Below the pieces are notes generated by a model, which did no database searches, was not told the origin of the DNA, and saw only the letters and a program-made list of their open reading frames with translations. Of a stretch of 64,000 nt of DNA, positions 54,602 through 64,000 are shown one piece after another. The position numbers and the translations under genes were made by a program. Within the stretch, counting starts at the first letter, position 1; each line of letters begins with the position of its first letter. Source of the stretch: Piedraia hortae CBS 480.64 (taxonomy: Eukaryota); the NCBI GenBank assembly GCA_010093745.1, contig MU005989.1, positions 64,776 through 128,775 on the forward strand. The letters are read 5' to 3'.

Positions 54602-55084
54602 GTTCGCTTTGATTCCAAAAAAAAAAAAAAAGTTATGACTTGTGAGATAGGAAGTGCGCTGGCTTCGGTTCGGACCGGGCCACTACCGAAACTAATTCAT
54701 CACTGCCGACGCTAGAGTCGTGACTCAGCGTTTGGTTGACAAGTCATCACAGGAAGTTGGTATTGCATCATCTGTAGTTTACGTATCACAACCCGGCCCC
54801 AGTTGAAGAGCTGTTTTGGCCAGTAATGATTAGATCTACGTCTACCATACACCTACCCCATGGTCATTCGACTTCCGCGGTTAAGGCCCCATAGCACTCC
54901 GAGGTCGCAGTGTCGTATTCTACGTGCAAAGCGGAGAACTGCACATGTATACCAGCCGCCAGTCGACGGTATCACCCAGCCGAGCCCTCGCTATTATCAA
55001 TCGCTAACGAAGTCTGCCGCAGGTGCGTTAATTACTCCACACTGTGGGGTTGTTTACACGTCTGTTTACATTTGACCACCAGTA

Positions 55085-58012
55085 ATGCCACCACGGGGTG
55101 CCAGCGGACGGGGACGTCAGGCCGCAGCCTCTGTAAGCGCTACAAAGCTTCCAGATGAGGGCCCCGATACGAGCCTCCGACAAACCATCTGCGGCGTGTT
55201 TCGCGAGGCGCAGAAGACGGTGACGGGCCACCGCAAAGCCGTCATCAGCCTGCGAAAGGTGCAAGAAGCGTGCTGCTACGAGTCCGTGGTACCGCAGCAC
55301 AAGCAGAAGAAGCCGACGGACGAAGAATACGATGAAGAAGACTTCAACGGCGAAGTGACACGATGCGTGCTGCGCGTACTGGCGGTGCACAAGACGGAGC
55401 CGGAGGGAGACCGTGTAGTGCGATTCCTGGGCACATTTTTGGCGGTTGCCAGCGAAAAGGACGGCGAGATCGCGGCGGCGGCAGACCCGGATGCCACCAG
55501 CGTCCCGGAGACGCCGACCAGCCGGCTGGCGACCCACGTGCTCTCGACGCTGCTCCCTCTTTTGAGGGCAAAGGACAAGACGGTGCGGTTTCGCGCGGCG
55601 CAGACAGTCAGCCATGTTATCCACTCGCTGGAGTCGCTCGACGACCAGCTGTACCATCAACTCCGCCTCGCGCTGCTGAAGCGGATCCACGACAAGGAGG
55701 CTGCCGTGCGGTTGCAGGCCGTTAACGGGCTGGGCGTGTTGGCGGCAGAAGTGGAGGAAGATGCGGCGGGTGGAACGGATGACGAATCGGATGATGGGGC
55801 AGGCAAGGGCGTGCTGGAGAAGCTCGTGGCGGGGCTGCAGAACGATCCGGCGGCGGAGGTACGGCGGAAGCTGCTGCTGGACCTCCCGCGCACGAGGAAT
55901 GTGCTTCCATATCTTTTGGAGCGCGCACGGGACGTGGACGGCACAACTCGACGCGCAGTTTATGCGCGCCTGCTGCCGGCACTGGGCGACTTCCGCCACC
56001 TAAGCCTCACACATCGCGAGAAGCTACTGCGCTGGGGGCTGCTTGACCGCGATACCAACGTGCGCAAGGCTACGGCCCGACTGTTTTGCGAGCGCTGGAT
56101 TGAGGATTGCGCTGCTCGCCCCGCCGAGACAACGGCGGAGGAAGCGGAGGAGGCAGCTATGGGGGCTCAGCAAGCGGCACCGCCGTCTTTTGATGCCCTG
56201 CTGGAGCTGCTTGAGCGCATTGACGTGGTGAATTCAGGTGGCGAAGGGGGAATCGGGCTGGCGGCGATGAGCGAGTTTTGGGCCGGGCGGCCGGATTACG
56301 TTGACTATGTGTCGTTTCCGGACGTCTTTTGGGACGATCTGACACCAGAACGTGCGTTTGTTGCACGTACCTTTAATGACTACTGCCGGGCAGCGGGACG
56401 TGAGGGAGGAGGATCGGATGGCGAAGACAAACTGCCCGAAGTCGCGCGATTCGGCTTCCTGCTGGAGCGTGAGCTGCGGAAGCTACACCAACTAGTGGAG
56501 CTGGCCGGTAACGGCAACGACGAGGCGGAGGTGGAGGTGCCGCAGCTGGAGTTTGTGGTGGAGCAGATGCTGCATATGGCGCTAACATTTGATTATTCGG
56601 ATGAAGTCGGCCGGCGGAAGGTCTTCGGCCTCCTGCGCGAAGCCCTGGCCGATCCGTCGCTGCCGGAGGAAACGACGCGGTTGGCTGTCGACCTCCTCCG
56701 TCTCGTGTGTGGCCCTGACCGGAAGGGCGAGCGCGAGTTCTGCGGCCTTGTGCTGGAGGCAGTTGCCGAAGTGCACGACACCATCTCAGACGGCGACGAG
56801 TCTTTTCGCTCTGCCACGGAGCACGTTGACGATGTTGAATCTCAAACATCTGTCCGCGTCCGTAAGCGCTCGGAAGACGAGCTGGAGGCTGTGCGTCTCA
56901 AGGAAATTGTAATTAACATGAAGTGCCTGCACATGGCCATGTCAATGTTGTCAAACGTTCAGTGCCGGCTAACAGACAACAGCAACCTGGTGACGATGGT
57001 CGATAACCTCGTCGTTCCCGCCGTACGCAGCCAGGAGGCGCCGATCCGCGAGCGCGGTTTCTGTTGCTTGGGCCTGTGCTGCCTGCTGAGCGCCGACTTT
57101 GCGCGGGAGCAGCTGGACCTGTTCCTTCATTGCTTCGAGAAGGCGCGTAAGCATCCCGTGCTGCAGACAATTACGCTGCAGATACTCGGCGACATAATCG
57201 TCACCCATCCTTCCATCATAGTCAACACAGATGACGATGGTGAAGACTCTCCGGGCCACCGGGGCCGGGTCCTGTCGGCGCTGAGCCAATCCCTTCGGTC
57301 GGCGGACTCGGAAGTCCAAGCCGTCGGCGCAACGGCGCTTGCAAAAGCGATGCTCAGCCAGCTTATCACGGACACTGACCTCCTGCAAGAGCTCGTGGTC
57401 GTGTACTTTGACAAGGACACAGCATCCAACAGCGCACTGCGGCAGGGCCTCTCGTACTTCTTACCTGTCTATTGCCACTCCCGGGCAGAGAACTCTGCAC
57501 GCATGGCGTCTGTCGCGACGGGAATTCTCTGCAAACTGTCCACACTGCACTCATCAGCCGATGACGAGGTCGATGATGATGCGGCATATAGAGACAGCGA
57601 CACCGAGTCTCCGGACGAGGCTATCAAACTCTCCGTCGCCGGCCAGATGCTCGTTGACTGGACTGACCCGCGCAAGAACCTTGCTACATCCGACGCGCAC
57701 TTTATTCTTTCACAGGAAATATTAGATAGGCTTACAACGGGGACGAATGTGGAGAAGGACGAGCGTAAAGCCTTGTTCAGCATGCTCGGTAAGGTCTGCC
57801 TTGAGGGGATAGAGGGCGAAAGACTCGCAACGTTACTGGAGCAGGTGACGGCCGCGCAGGAAGAGGGAGCTGCAACGGATGCTTTAGGACGAAATGTTCT
57901 GGCCAAGTTGCGGACGAATCTGCTAAAGGCTGTGCGTGATTATGCTGCGGAGCAGAGGGGTGCGGTGGAGGAGACGACCATGGTTACGATGACGGAGTTG
58001 CCTATCAGGTAA
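55085..58012 (+). CDS. YCG1: Condensin non-SMC HEAT subunit G (Ycg1/Cnd3/CAP-G)
   Basis: AKDKTVRFR, LQNDPAAEVRR, LLERARDVD, DYSDEVGRRK, LRQGLSYFLPVYC. Confidence 0.94.
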   Translation: MPPRGASGRGRQAAASVSATKLPDEGPDTSLRQTICGVFREAQKTVTGHRKAVISLRKVQEACCYESVVPQHKQKKPTDEEYDEEDFNGEVTRCVLRVLAVHKTEPEGDRVVRFLGTFLAVASEKDGEIAAAADPDATSVPETPTSRLATHVLSTLLPLLRAKDKTVRFRAAQTVSHVIHSLESLDDQLYHQLRLALLKRIHDKEAAVRLQAVNGLGVLAAEVEEDAAGGTDDESDDGAGKGVLEKLVAGLQNDPAAEVRRKLLLDLPRTRNVLPYLLERARDVDGTTRRAVYARLLPALGDFRHLSLTHREKLLRWGLLDRDTNVRKATARLFCERWIEDCAARPAETTAEEAEEAAMGAQQAAPPSFDALLELLERIDVVNSGGEGGIGLAAMSEFWAGRPDYVDYVSFPDVFWDDLTPERAFVARTFNDYCRAAGREGGGSDGEDKLPEVARFGFLLERELRKLHQLVELAGNGNDEAEVEVPQLEFVVEQMLHMALTFDYSDEVGRRKVFGLLREALADPSLPEETTRLAVDLLRLVCGPDRKGEREFCGLVLEAVAEVHDTISDGDESFRSATEHVDDVESQTSVRVRKRSEDELEAVRLKEIVINMKCLHMAMSMLSNVQCRLTDNSNLVTMVDNLVVPAVRSQEAPIRERGFCCLGLCCLLSADFAREQLDLFLHCFEKARKHPVLQTITLQILGDIIVTHPSIIVNTDDDGEDSPGHRGRVLSALSQSLRSADSEVQAVGATALAKAMLSQLITDTDLLQELVVVYFDKDTASNSALRQGLSYFLPVYCHSRAENSARMASVATGILCKLSTLHSSADDEVDDDAAYRDSDTESPDEAIKLSVAGQMLVDWTDPRKNLATSDAHFILSQEILDRLTTGTNVEKDERKALFSMLGKVCLEGIEGERLATLLEQVTAAQEEGAATDALGRNVLAKLRTNLLKAVRDYAAEQRGAVEETTMVTMTELPIR

Positions 58013-58319
58013 TGCCACATGTTTTGCTGAACAGAGAGACTTGCTTTCTGACGCACTCACGCGTGCACACACAATACCCAATGTCGTCTTCCATTGACAG
58101 ATGATGAAATTGTCATTGTATAATCGTTGAAAAATATGTTCACACACCTCCGAAAAGATCCTTCACTTGAACCCGACTCCCTATCCTCGTATCATCAACA
58201 GAGAACATGTGCTATTCTCTTCTCTTCCCGTAAGATCATGGCAGCGTCTTCTATAACATCGTTCCCCATCAAATCTCAATCATGCATGGCAATCGTCATG
58301 ACAGATGTCGTGGGTGATG

Positions 58320-58574
58320 TTACCTCCCTCCCCCTTCCTGAGCCCGTCCAGCCAAAAACGCCATCTTGGCCTCAACATACTCCTTTACAACATCATCTCT
58401 GCTCTTCTCCCCCGCCCCACTCTTGGAGGACAGTATCTCGTTGTTCCACAGCTCAATGGCGCAGAGCTCGTGGGGGCGGAGGTATTTGTGGCCCGTCCCT
58501 GTTGATGCTGATGATGTGTTCGAGGCCGATGACGATGAGGAGGATTGTTTGGTTTTGTGTTGACGGGAAGACAT
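58320..58574 (-). CDS. Putative small protein (84 aa; in-frame upstream ATGs at 58739 and 58934)
   Basis: MSSRQH + Ser-rich stretch + helical AIELWNNEILS..VVKEYVEAKMAFL, in an otherwise empty ~1.9-kb interval with pyrimidine-rich leader sequence on the minus strand. Confidence 0.5.
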   Translation of the reverse strand: MSSRQHKTKQSSSSSSASNTSSASTGTGHKYLRPHELCAIELWNNEILSSKSGAGEKSRDDVVKEYVEAKMAFLAGRAQEGGGR

Positions 58575-59786
58575 CTTGTCTCGCTTGTGATGGCGTCTGG
58601 AAGTGTGTGGATGTTTGAGACTCGTTGTGTTGTTGGGGAGGGTTTTTGGATGATTGTTGAACGGTTGCTGCTTCGCTGAGACTGTGGAGGAGGTCGAGGG
58701 AAGAAGGGGGTAGGAACCCTTCACAAGGGGCATATACATCTCGGTCGTCTCCTTTTTCCTTATATGGTGTTGGCCGGTGGTGGTGGTGGTGGTGGTGGAG
58801 AGAAACTTGGCTTGCCTTGCTGATTGAGGAATCAAATCTATTCGGACTGGATGTTCTCTCTTTCCGTAGATGAGAGAAGACAACGGAGGATTTTCCAGAA
58901 GTAAATGCTTGTCCACAGTCCTGTGACAAAACATTCGCCAACAACGGCTTTCAGTCAGCTGTGGTAAAAAGAGGCGGAGGTGTCAAATAAGAAAGCGAAA
59001 CGGTAGATCAATCGAGAGAAAAAGGCGGGACGAGAGAATTTGATATACTCCCTTCAAAAACCGTTCTTCACTCAATCTATTCCAATCAGATTAGATCAGA
59101 TCGGGAAGAAAGAAAGAAAAGAGGGCAAGGGAACTTGAATACAGGCCATTTGTCAAATGTACTGTGAAAGAGTTTCAAAGGAAGAGAAAAAGATGGCAGA
59201 GGAAAAAGGAAGAAATTACATATTCCAAATTGTCAGCGATTGAACTACCCCGCAGACTCCCATGCATTTAGTGCGGCATGCAAGACAAAAACGTGCGCTC
59301 TCGGCGGGGGTAGCGTGGGATGTTTTAGTCATGCTTCTGGCGGCACAACGGGCTTTGCAAATTTGGCTCGTGTATAGTTGCCCTCCGGTCGGCGGGGCAC
59401 TGCGGGGAAATATTAAATTCGGGCCGCTCATTCTGTTTCGCCGCTTTGTCATGCTTCACGACAAAGGGCAATCCTATCGTCGAGGCTTGAACCGCCAAGC
59501 ACAGAACCTTTGTCTTAAAAGTGGTGTTTAGAATCATTGTACTTGATGGCGCAAAAGCCCTTTGTTCTCGAGGATGGTGGTAGACTATCATACCATCCTT
59601 CTCGGGAACATGGCCGGAGCATCTATCAACTATCAGCGGTAGGTGCTCCGACTCGGCATGTCTGATCACCGTGGAGTGCCATCTCTAGACACGCCACGAG
59701 CCAACATCCAAAGGCAAAACGAATTTGAATACATGACGATATGGAAAGGCAATCTGAATTTGAAAAGGCAGAACACGACCATATGA

Positions 59787-59844
59787 ATCTGTCATCTGTC
59801 ATCTGTCATCTGCCATCTGCCATCTGCCATCTGCCATCTGTCAT
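59787..59844. repeat. 7-bp minisatellite (ATCTGYC)x8
   Basis: atctgtc x3, atctgcc x4, atctgtc x1. Confidence 0.95.
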
Positions 59845-59953
59845 GACAGCTCCCGAGCGAGACTGCCGAGAACCCCCACATGGCCTGCATCTGACAGAAA
59901 CGTGCAAGCCACACTTCTGCAAAATACCGAGATTTCTGAATTAATGTCCTAGC

Positions 59954-62809
59954 TTACATGAACTTCATCTCCCAGTCCTCGCCGATACGCACACCAGGGT
60001 TTCTCACGACCACGTGGTTCTCCCCGCCTTCCAGCTGGATATCCGTCTCCATGCTTCCCTGCTTGATGCGTGCTGTCTGACCCGCTTTAAATGTGCCGCC
60101 GACAATGACTACCTTCTCAACGCGGACGTCCGCCATCGAGCGACGGTACGCCTCTGCCCTGTGACCTCCCGCTGCCACGCTGCGGCTGGTCAACAGATTG
60201 TCGTGGTAGCTAAATTTTTGATGGATATACGCCCCTTCGCGGAACGCGAACGTCTCACCGTCATCGAGATAGAGCGAGCCGTCAGCTGAGTCAGCGCGAT
60301 CTACGGTGACGACCAGCGTGAATGGGTCGTGACGCATGAGCGCCGAGCTGCGCCGGGGACGATCCCGTCGCGCAAAGATGTGACCGCCTTGCATGAGGAG
60401 GGGAATGGCTTCCAGCGGCGCGGCTACGCGGACCGTACCCGGACCTTCGTGTTTGGCAAGATTGAAGTAATCGTAATAAGTCTCCGCATCGGCAAGGTAA
60501 ATGTCCTGCTCCGTCTGGCCTTCTTTGACAACGGGCTTCGCAAGCAAGCCCGTGCCGGCAAGGTAGAACTGGTCATCTATGCCAAAACCTCGCTCGTCAG
60601 CAGGGTGCACGTAATAATTGGGCTGCAAGATCGGAGTGCCCGTCTTGCTGGCTTCGTAGAAGGCAGTGTACCATGCCGGCAGGAGACTGTACCGCAGCCG
60701 CAGTGCCTGCGTGATGATGCCCTCGTACGGCTGTCCTACAAGGTATGGCTCGCGCCGTCTCGTATCGATATGGGCATGTCCACGGAAAAATGGGTAGAAT
60801 GCGCCCGTCTGATACCAGCGCGTAAGCAGCTCCTTGGACGGATTGCCAAAGAAGCCACCGACGTCTGCCCCGGCAAAGGGGAAGCCAGCAATGTTCATGC
60901 TGAGCACCATTGGGATGCTGGCGGCGAGATGGGGCCACGAAGCCTGGTTGTCGCCCGTCCACATGGCGCCCATCCGCTGGCTCCCGGCGTAGAACGAACG
61001 CGTTAGCACAAATGGACGCACATGCTCCTTGTCCTCGGCCTTGCCGCGGGAGAGTAACGCCTCGTAGGTTGCGTTGACCAGTGTCAGACCATTGAGGTTG
61101 TGCACGTCACGGTGTTCCCACAAACCGTGGTGCAGGTTGTCTTTTGGCATCGTCGTTTCCGGTCCGTTGAATACGGACGGTTCGTTCATGTCGTTCCAGA
61201 TGAAGACGTTCTTGGCCGTCCCCTTGAACTTGTCGTACCGGAACAGGCCCTTCCACCACGTTGCTGCCTTTGGGTTGAAACAATCGACCCAGTAGCTGCT
61301 TCCCGGCCAACACCAGCCTTCGTACAGCTCGTCCTTGTGGTTGTGCACCGCCAGGTCTTTGTATTTAAGCTCGTCCACCACATGGTAGTTGCCCTCGTTT
61401 TTGATGTGTGGATCTATAATGACTACAAGCTTCCGCCCATGCTCGTCCAGCTGCTTCTCCATGCCAAGTGGATTGGCGAACGTCATGGGATCCCATGTAA
61501 AGTATTTCTTGCCGTCCGTGTACTCGATATCCAGCCAGATGACATCGTAGGGAATCTTATGCTTGTCAAACCGCTTGTCAACATCCCGAACATCTTGGTC
61601 TGTCACGTAGTTCCACCGACACTGGTGGTAGGCAATAGCAAATTGCTGTGGCAGCTGTGAGTAGCCCGTCAACTCAGCGTACGCGCCGATCACGTCCTGT
61701 GGCCGCGGGCCCAAGAACACAAAAACATCCAACAGCCCCGATTCACTTATCCAGTGCGTGTGCGTGCTCACGCTGCCCGTCACTCCCAGACTCAGAGCGT
61801 TTGCTGCCGTCTTGGACTTTGTGATGTCTACCCAGGTCTCGGCTGCGTTCAGCCAAAAAACTCCAACCGTCGAATTCTTTTTCTGCGCCTGCATAAACGG
61901 AATGGAGCCGTAGAGAGTCATTGGGCTGTCCATTATATACTCAAACACGTCGCTGTTGTACAGGCGGTACGGCTCGGCGTAGTTGCCCTCGCCGCCACGC
62001 GTTTCCTTCAAGGACAAGGGCCCTGTGTGTTCGGCCAGCCCATATACGTGTTCGTAGCCGGGAAAGTCGATATCTAAGGCTACCGATTCTGGCCCCCGCG
62101 GCTTCGTGTCGGTATTGCCACCAAAAGACTCTTCCCACCAAGTACTCTCGTCTCCGCCCTCTGAAGCAGGCTCCTCATCTTCCTTGCCTTTCGGCTTATC
62201 TACTTTGGGCCTCCAATGCTCGACATTCAACAAGCCACGCCCGTTGAACCGGATCTGCGTCTGGCCGTTCCTCCGAAAGTCGATTGCGAACGGCTCATGT
62301 CTGATGAATGCTTCAAAAGAGTTCCCTGGACCATAGACGAGTCTCGTGGTGCCCCGTTCCGTCCCTTCACTCGTTGTTGCACTCTTGCTGACCGTCGTGC
62401 CGCCAACAATGGCCCATTTCTCTGCCTCATTATACCTCTCCTTCCTTGCCTTACTGCCATGGCGTAGCGTGATTTCACCCTTCTGTCGCTCTTCTTCGTC
62501 AATCGTCACGCGCGCCGAGCCTGAGTCGTAAAAAGTAACCGTCAGCGGTAACCGTTTAGCCCCGTCTTTTCCGATCTTCTTGATCACTGTACCGGTCAAG
62601 ATTCCGCGACCGAATGAGATGCTCTGCGCGTCCAACGTGTAGGGCGACTCCCAGCTGGCGGTTCCGTGGGCGGTATCGGCATACGCACGGTTGCGTCTGC
62701 AGAAGCCGCTCTGGCTACACACTTTGAAATTTTCATACTTGACGCCCAAGACCGAGATGGCCAGGGCCAACAGCAATAGCAGGACGGGCCAAACGTGACG
62801 GTGCGTCAT
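59954..62809 (-). CDS. ROT2: Glucosidase II catalytic alpha subunit (GH31)
   Basis: Signal peptide from ATG 62809 (MTHRHVWPVLLLLLALA); FKVCSQSGFC; catalytic WNDMNEPSVF; WTGDN; GADVGGF; FFRGHAH. Confidence 0.95.
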   Translation of the reverse strand: MTHRHVWPVLLLLLALAISVLGVKYENFKVCSQSGFCRRNRAYADTAHGTASWESPYTLDAQSISFGRGILTGTVIKKIGKDGAKRLPLTVTFYDSGSARVTIDEEERQKGEITLRHGSKARKERYNEAEKWAIVGGTTVSKSATTSEGTERGTTRLVYGPGNSFEAFIRHEPFAIDFRRNGQTQIRFNGRGLLNVEHWRPKVDKPKGKEDEEPASEGGDESTWWEESFGGNTDTKPRGPESVALDIDFPGYEHVYGLAEHTGPLSLKETRGGEGNYAEPYRLYNSDVFEYIMDSPMTLYGSIPFMQAQKKNSTVGVFWLNAAETWVDITKSKTAANALSLGVTGSVSTHTHWISESGLLDVFVFLGPRPQDVIGAYAELTGYSQLPQQFAIAYHQCRWNYVTDQDVRDVDKRFDKHKIPYDVIWLDIEYTDGKKYFTWDPMTFANPLGMEKQLDEHGRKLVVIIDPHIKNEGNYHVVDELKYKDLAVHNHKDELYEGWCWPGSSYWVDCFNPKAATWWKGLFRYDKFKGTAKNVFIWNDMNEPSVFNGPETTMPKDNLHHGLWEHRDVHNLNGLTLVNATYEALLSRGKAEDKEHVRPFVLTRSFYAGSQRMGAMWTGDNQASWPHLAASIPMVLSMNIAGFPFAGADVGGFFGNPSKELLTRWYQTGAFYPFFRGHAHIDTRRREPYLVGQPYEGIITQALRLRYSLLPAWYTAFYEASKTGTPILQPNYYVHPADERGFGIDDQFYLAGTGLLAKPVVKEGQTEQDIYLADAETYYDYFNLAKHEGPGTVRVAAPLEAIPLLMQGGHIFARRDRPRRSSALMRHDPFTLVVTVDRADSADGSLYLDDGETFAFREGAYIHQKFSYHDNLLTSRSVAAGGHRAEAYRRSMADVRVEKVVIVGGTFKAGQTARIKQGSMETDIQLEGGENHVVVRNPGVRIGEDWEMKFM

Positions 62810-62987
62810 GCCTTGAACGAGGTGACGTCTGGTCTTGGCGCACGCAACAGGCAGCCCCACTTCCTCCCTGACTTGCAAAATGTCTTCCCCTTTAGAGAAT
62901 CCCCCCCCAATTCTTGACAAAGTCGGTCCGAAAGATCGTGCTCGCCTGACCCAGATAATCAAAGAGGCTCGCAAGGAAGAAGCTGCC

Positions 62988-63570
62988 ATGGCCGAACAGA
63001 CCTTTATTGCCGTCAAGCCCGACGGAGTACAGGTAGGGTCGTCTGCTACTCGCAGCTGTCATGCTGACTCGAACAGCGTGGGATCGTTGGCGACATCATC
63101 AGCCGCTTTGAGAAGAAGGGCTACAAGCTCGTTGCCATCAAGATGGTTGTCCCCACCAAGGAGCACTTGGAGAAGCACTACGCCGATCTCAGTGACAAGC
63201 CCTTTTTCAAGGGTCTTGTTGAATGTACGCTTTGTGACCTTACTGGAAGATATAGCTAACACGATAAGATATGTCCAGCGGACCAGTTTGCGCCATGGTC
63301 TGGGAGGGCCGCGAGGTTGTCAAGGTTGGCCGTCTCATCCTTGGTGCTACCAACCCGCTGCAGTCTGCCCCGGGAACCATCCGATTTGACTATGCCATTG
63401 TAAGTCACTGATGGCCTCCAAGATGCATCTAACAGTTACAGGATGTTGGTCGCAATGTCTGCCACGGCTCGGATGGGGTTGAGTCGGCCAAGAAGGAGAT
63501 TGACCTCTGGTTTGACAAGGAGGTGCAGAGCTGGAAGCAGGCCGACCACGAGTGGATCTACGAGAAATAG
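62988..63570 (+). CDS. NDK1: Nucleoside diphosphate kinase; exons 62988-63032, 63077-63224, 63269-63399, 63442-63570
   Basis: [25 protein letters not shown], catalytic RNVCHGSD, C-terminal WIYEK; three 42-44-nt introns restore the frame. Confidence 0.96.
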
Positions 63571-64000
63571 ATTCGCCGTTGGAGTACATAACGTAGACGA
63601 ATGTTGACCCAGCTTGCAAAATTTGCTCCACCATAAGTTTCCAGCGTATCCTAGCCTCGAATGGGAGGACAAGGACAATGCCCTCTACGGCATAACCCGT
63701 TTGGACGCACCCTTAGATCCGCATCCACTCATCAACTATGTTTGCATGTAGTACGCACCACATTGATTGGCGAACATGAGAACAAACATTATCTATCTTG
63801 GTACGAGTGTTTGAACCAAACGTAAAATAAGTAATAACAGACAATCATACTTCTGCGCGAGCTTGTTAGAACCGGTTACTCGAAAGGCATCTGTGGAGCA
63901 AGAATGGAACTGGTGTACACAGGCACAAGGCGATAACTGCGATAACGTACCTACGTCCATCGCGAAACAACTGGTGCGACAAGTCTTTAATTTTGGATTG

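Noticed and set aside
58453..58944. His-run ORF overlapping the small gene as an antizyme-type frameshift gene
   Set aside because: No antizyme motifs or shift site; the poly-His is only the CAC microsatellite read in another frame.
62810..63016. N-terminal extension of the 1020-aa glucosidase ORF
   Set aside because: Non-ATG start overlapping NDK1; the signal peptide begins at ATG 62809.

Overview
Eukaryotic (filamentous ascomycete, Pezizomycotina; Dothideomycete-like by inference) nuclear DNA. It is gene-dense and intron-poor, with short GT..AG introns of 42-70 nt. About 22 protein-coding loci can be supported. Most are housekeeping genes: APC/C Cdc16/Cut9, an LCCL-domain membrane protein, an amidohydrolase-2 decarboxylase, an Aro8-like aminotransferase, a KTR/KRE2 mannosyltransferase, gamma-tubulin complex GCP5, an intronless 3858-aa Tra1, ribokinase, dephospho-CoA kinase, a p24 cargo receptor, a Pkp2-like kinase, Ubp15/USP7, a Pmp3-family proteolipid, an RRG8-like protein, GTP cyclohydrolase I, condensin Ycg1, glucosidase II alpha and NDP kinase. 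There are also two secreted proteins and three uncharacterised ORFs. The ORF track does not explain several structures: (i) a degenerate, internally deleted Mutator-like (MULE) transposon bounded by inverted repeats at ~1-1700, next to the Cdc16 promoter; (ii) a ~4.5-kb all-TPR gene broken by 2 in-frame TGA codons and 3 frameshifts; (iii) a 136-nt branched fold-back at 51191-51326; (iv) a palindrome carrying three PacC-type GCCAAG motifs upstream of Tra1; (v) a 7-bp minisatellite. No tRNA, rRNA or CRISPR could be supported. There is one 34-N assembly gap. I found no clear new multi-gene system; the findings are leads, not discoveries.
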